DNA of 51,868 nucleotides, filler included, from Streblomastix strix (lineage: Eukaryota): NCBI GenBank assembly GCA_008636045.1. It is 2 parts of 2 records of this genome, joined end to end, with 100 filler letters (N's around TTAATTAATTAA, not from the genome) between each part and the next. Parts side by side here need not be neighbours in the genome. Positions count along the whole stretch, not along the records: positions 25,988 to 51,868 come from SNRW01000188.1; 1 more part is not named here. One strand, given 5' to 3'. The notes below the pieces were generated by a model that had not been told where the DNA came from, searched no databases, and was given only the letters and a program-made list of their open reading frames with translations. Each line of letters starts with the position of its first letter. Position 1 is the stretch's first letter. Shown here in pieces: positions 51,700 to 51,868 of the stretch. Both the position numbers and the translations under genes were made by a program.

Positions 51700-51868
51700 A
51701 TTCAAACTTTCTAAATAAATAAATTAAAAAATATAATTATCGCTTCTCTTCGATATTGTAAATGGTAGATAATACATGATTTATTAATTATGATAAAAAA
51801 ATTATTTTTATTTTAAAAATAACAAATTATACAAAAAATATATTAAAATAGAAAGAGAAATTAGTGAT

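Overview
AT-rich, intron-containing eukaryotic DNA that uses the TAA/TAG=Gln code with TGA as stop. The supplied standard-code ORF track is therefore mostly shadow ORFs. The code, short GT-AG introns and one recognisable expanded gene family suggest an oxymonad such as Streblomastix; this is an inference, not a search result. Re-read in this code, the window holds four giant Gln/Glu/Ser-rich genes, a small membrane-protein gene, a triple-CCHC zinc-knuckle gene, a rhodanese plus dual-specificity phosphatase gene with one in-frame TGA, and several small or pseudogenised genes. An artificial N44-TTAATTAATTAA-N44 contig linker sits at 25888-25987. The main accessory feature is a decayed, intron-less ~9-10 kb Polinton/Maverick-like endogenous virus at ~28.2-37.3 kb. 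It has an rve integrase with a D-D(35)-D triad, a probable major capsid remnant, a possible minor capsid remnant, a fibre-like gene and small ORFs, all written in the host code. At its left end are a ~190-nt structured segment with a tRNA-type A/B-box Pol III promoter and T5 terminator (a candidate VA-RNA-like ncRNA), a long inverted repeat and hairpin clusters. Family assignments come from manual translation and motif recognition only; no database searches were run, and the long ORFs were spot-checked rather than read codon by codon.
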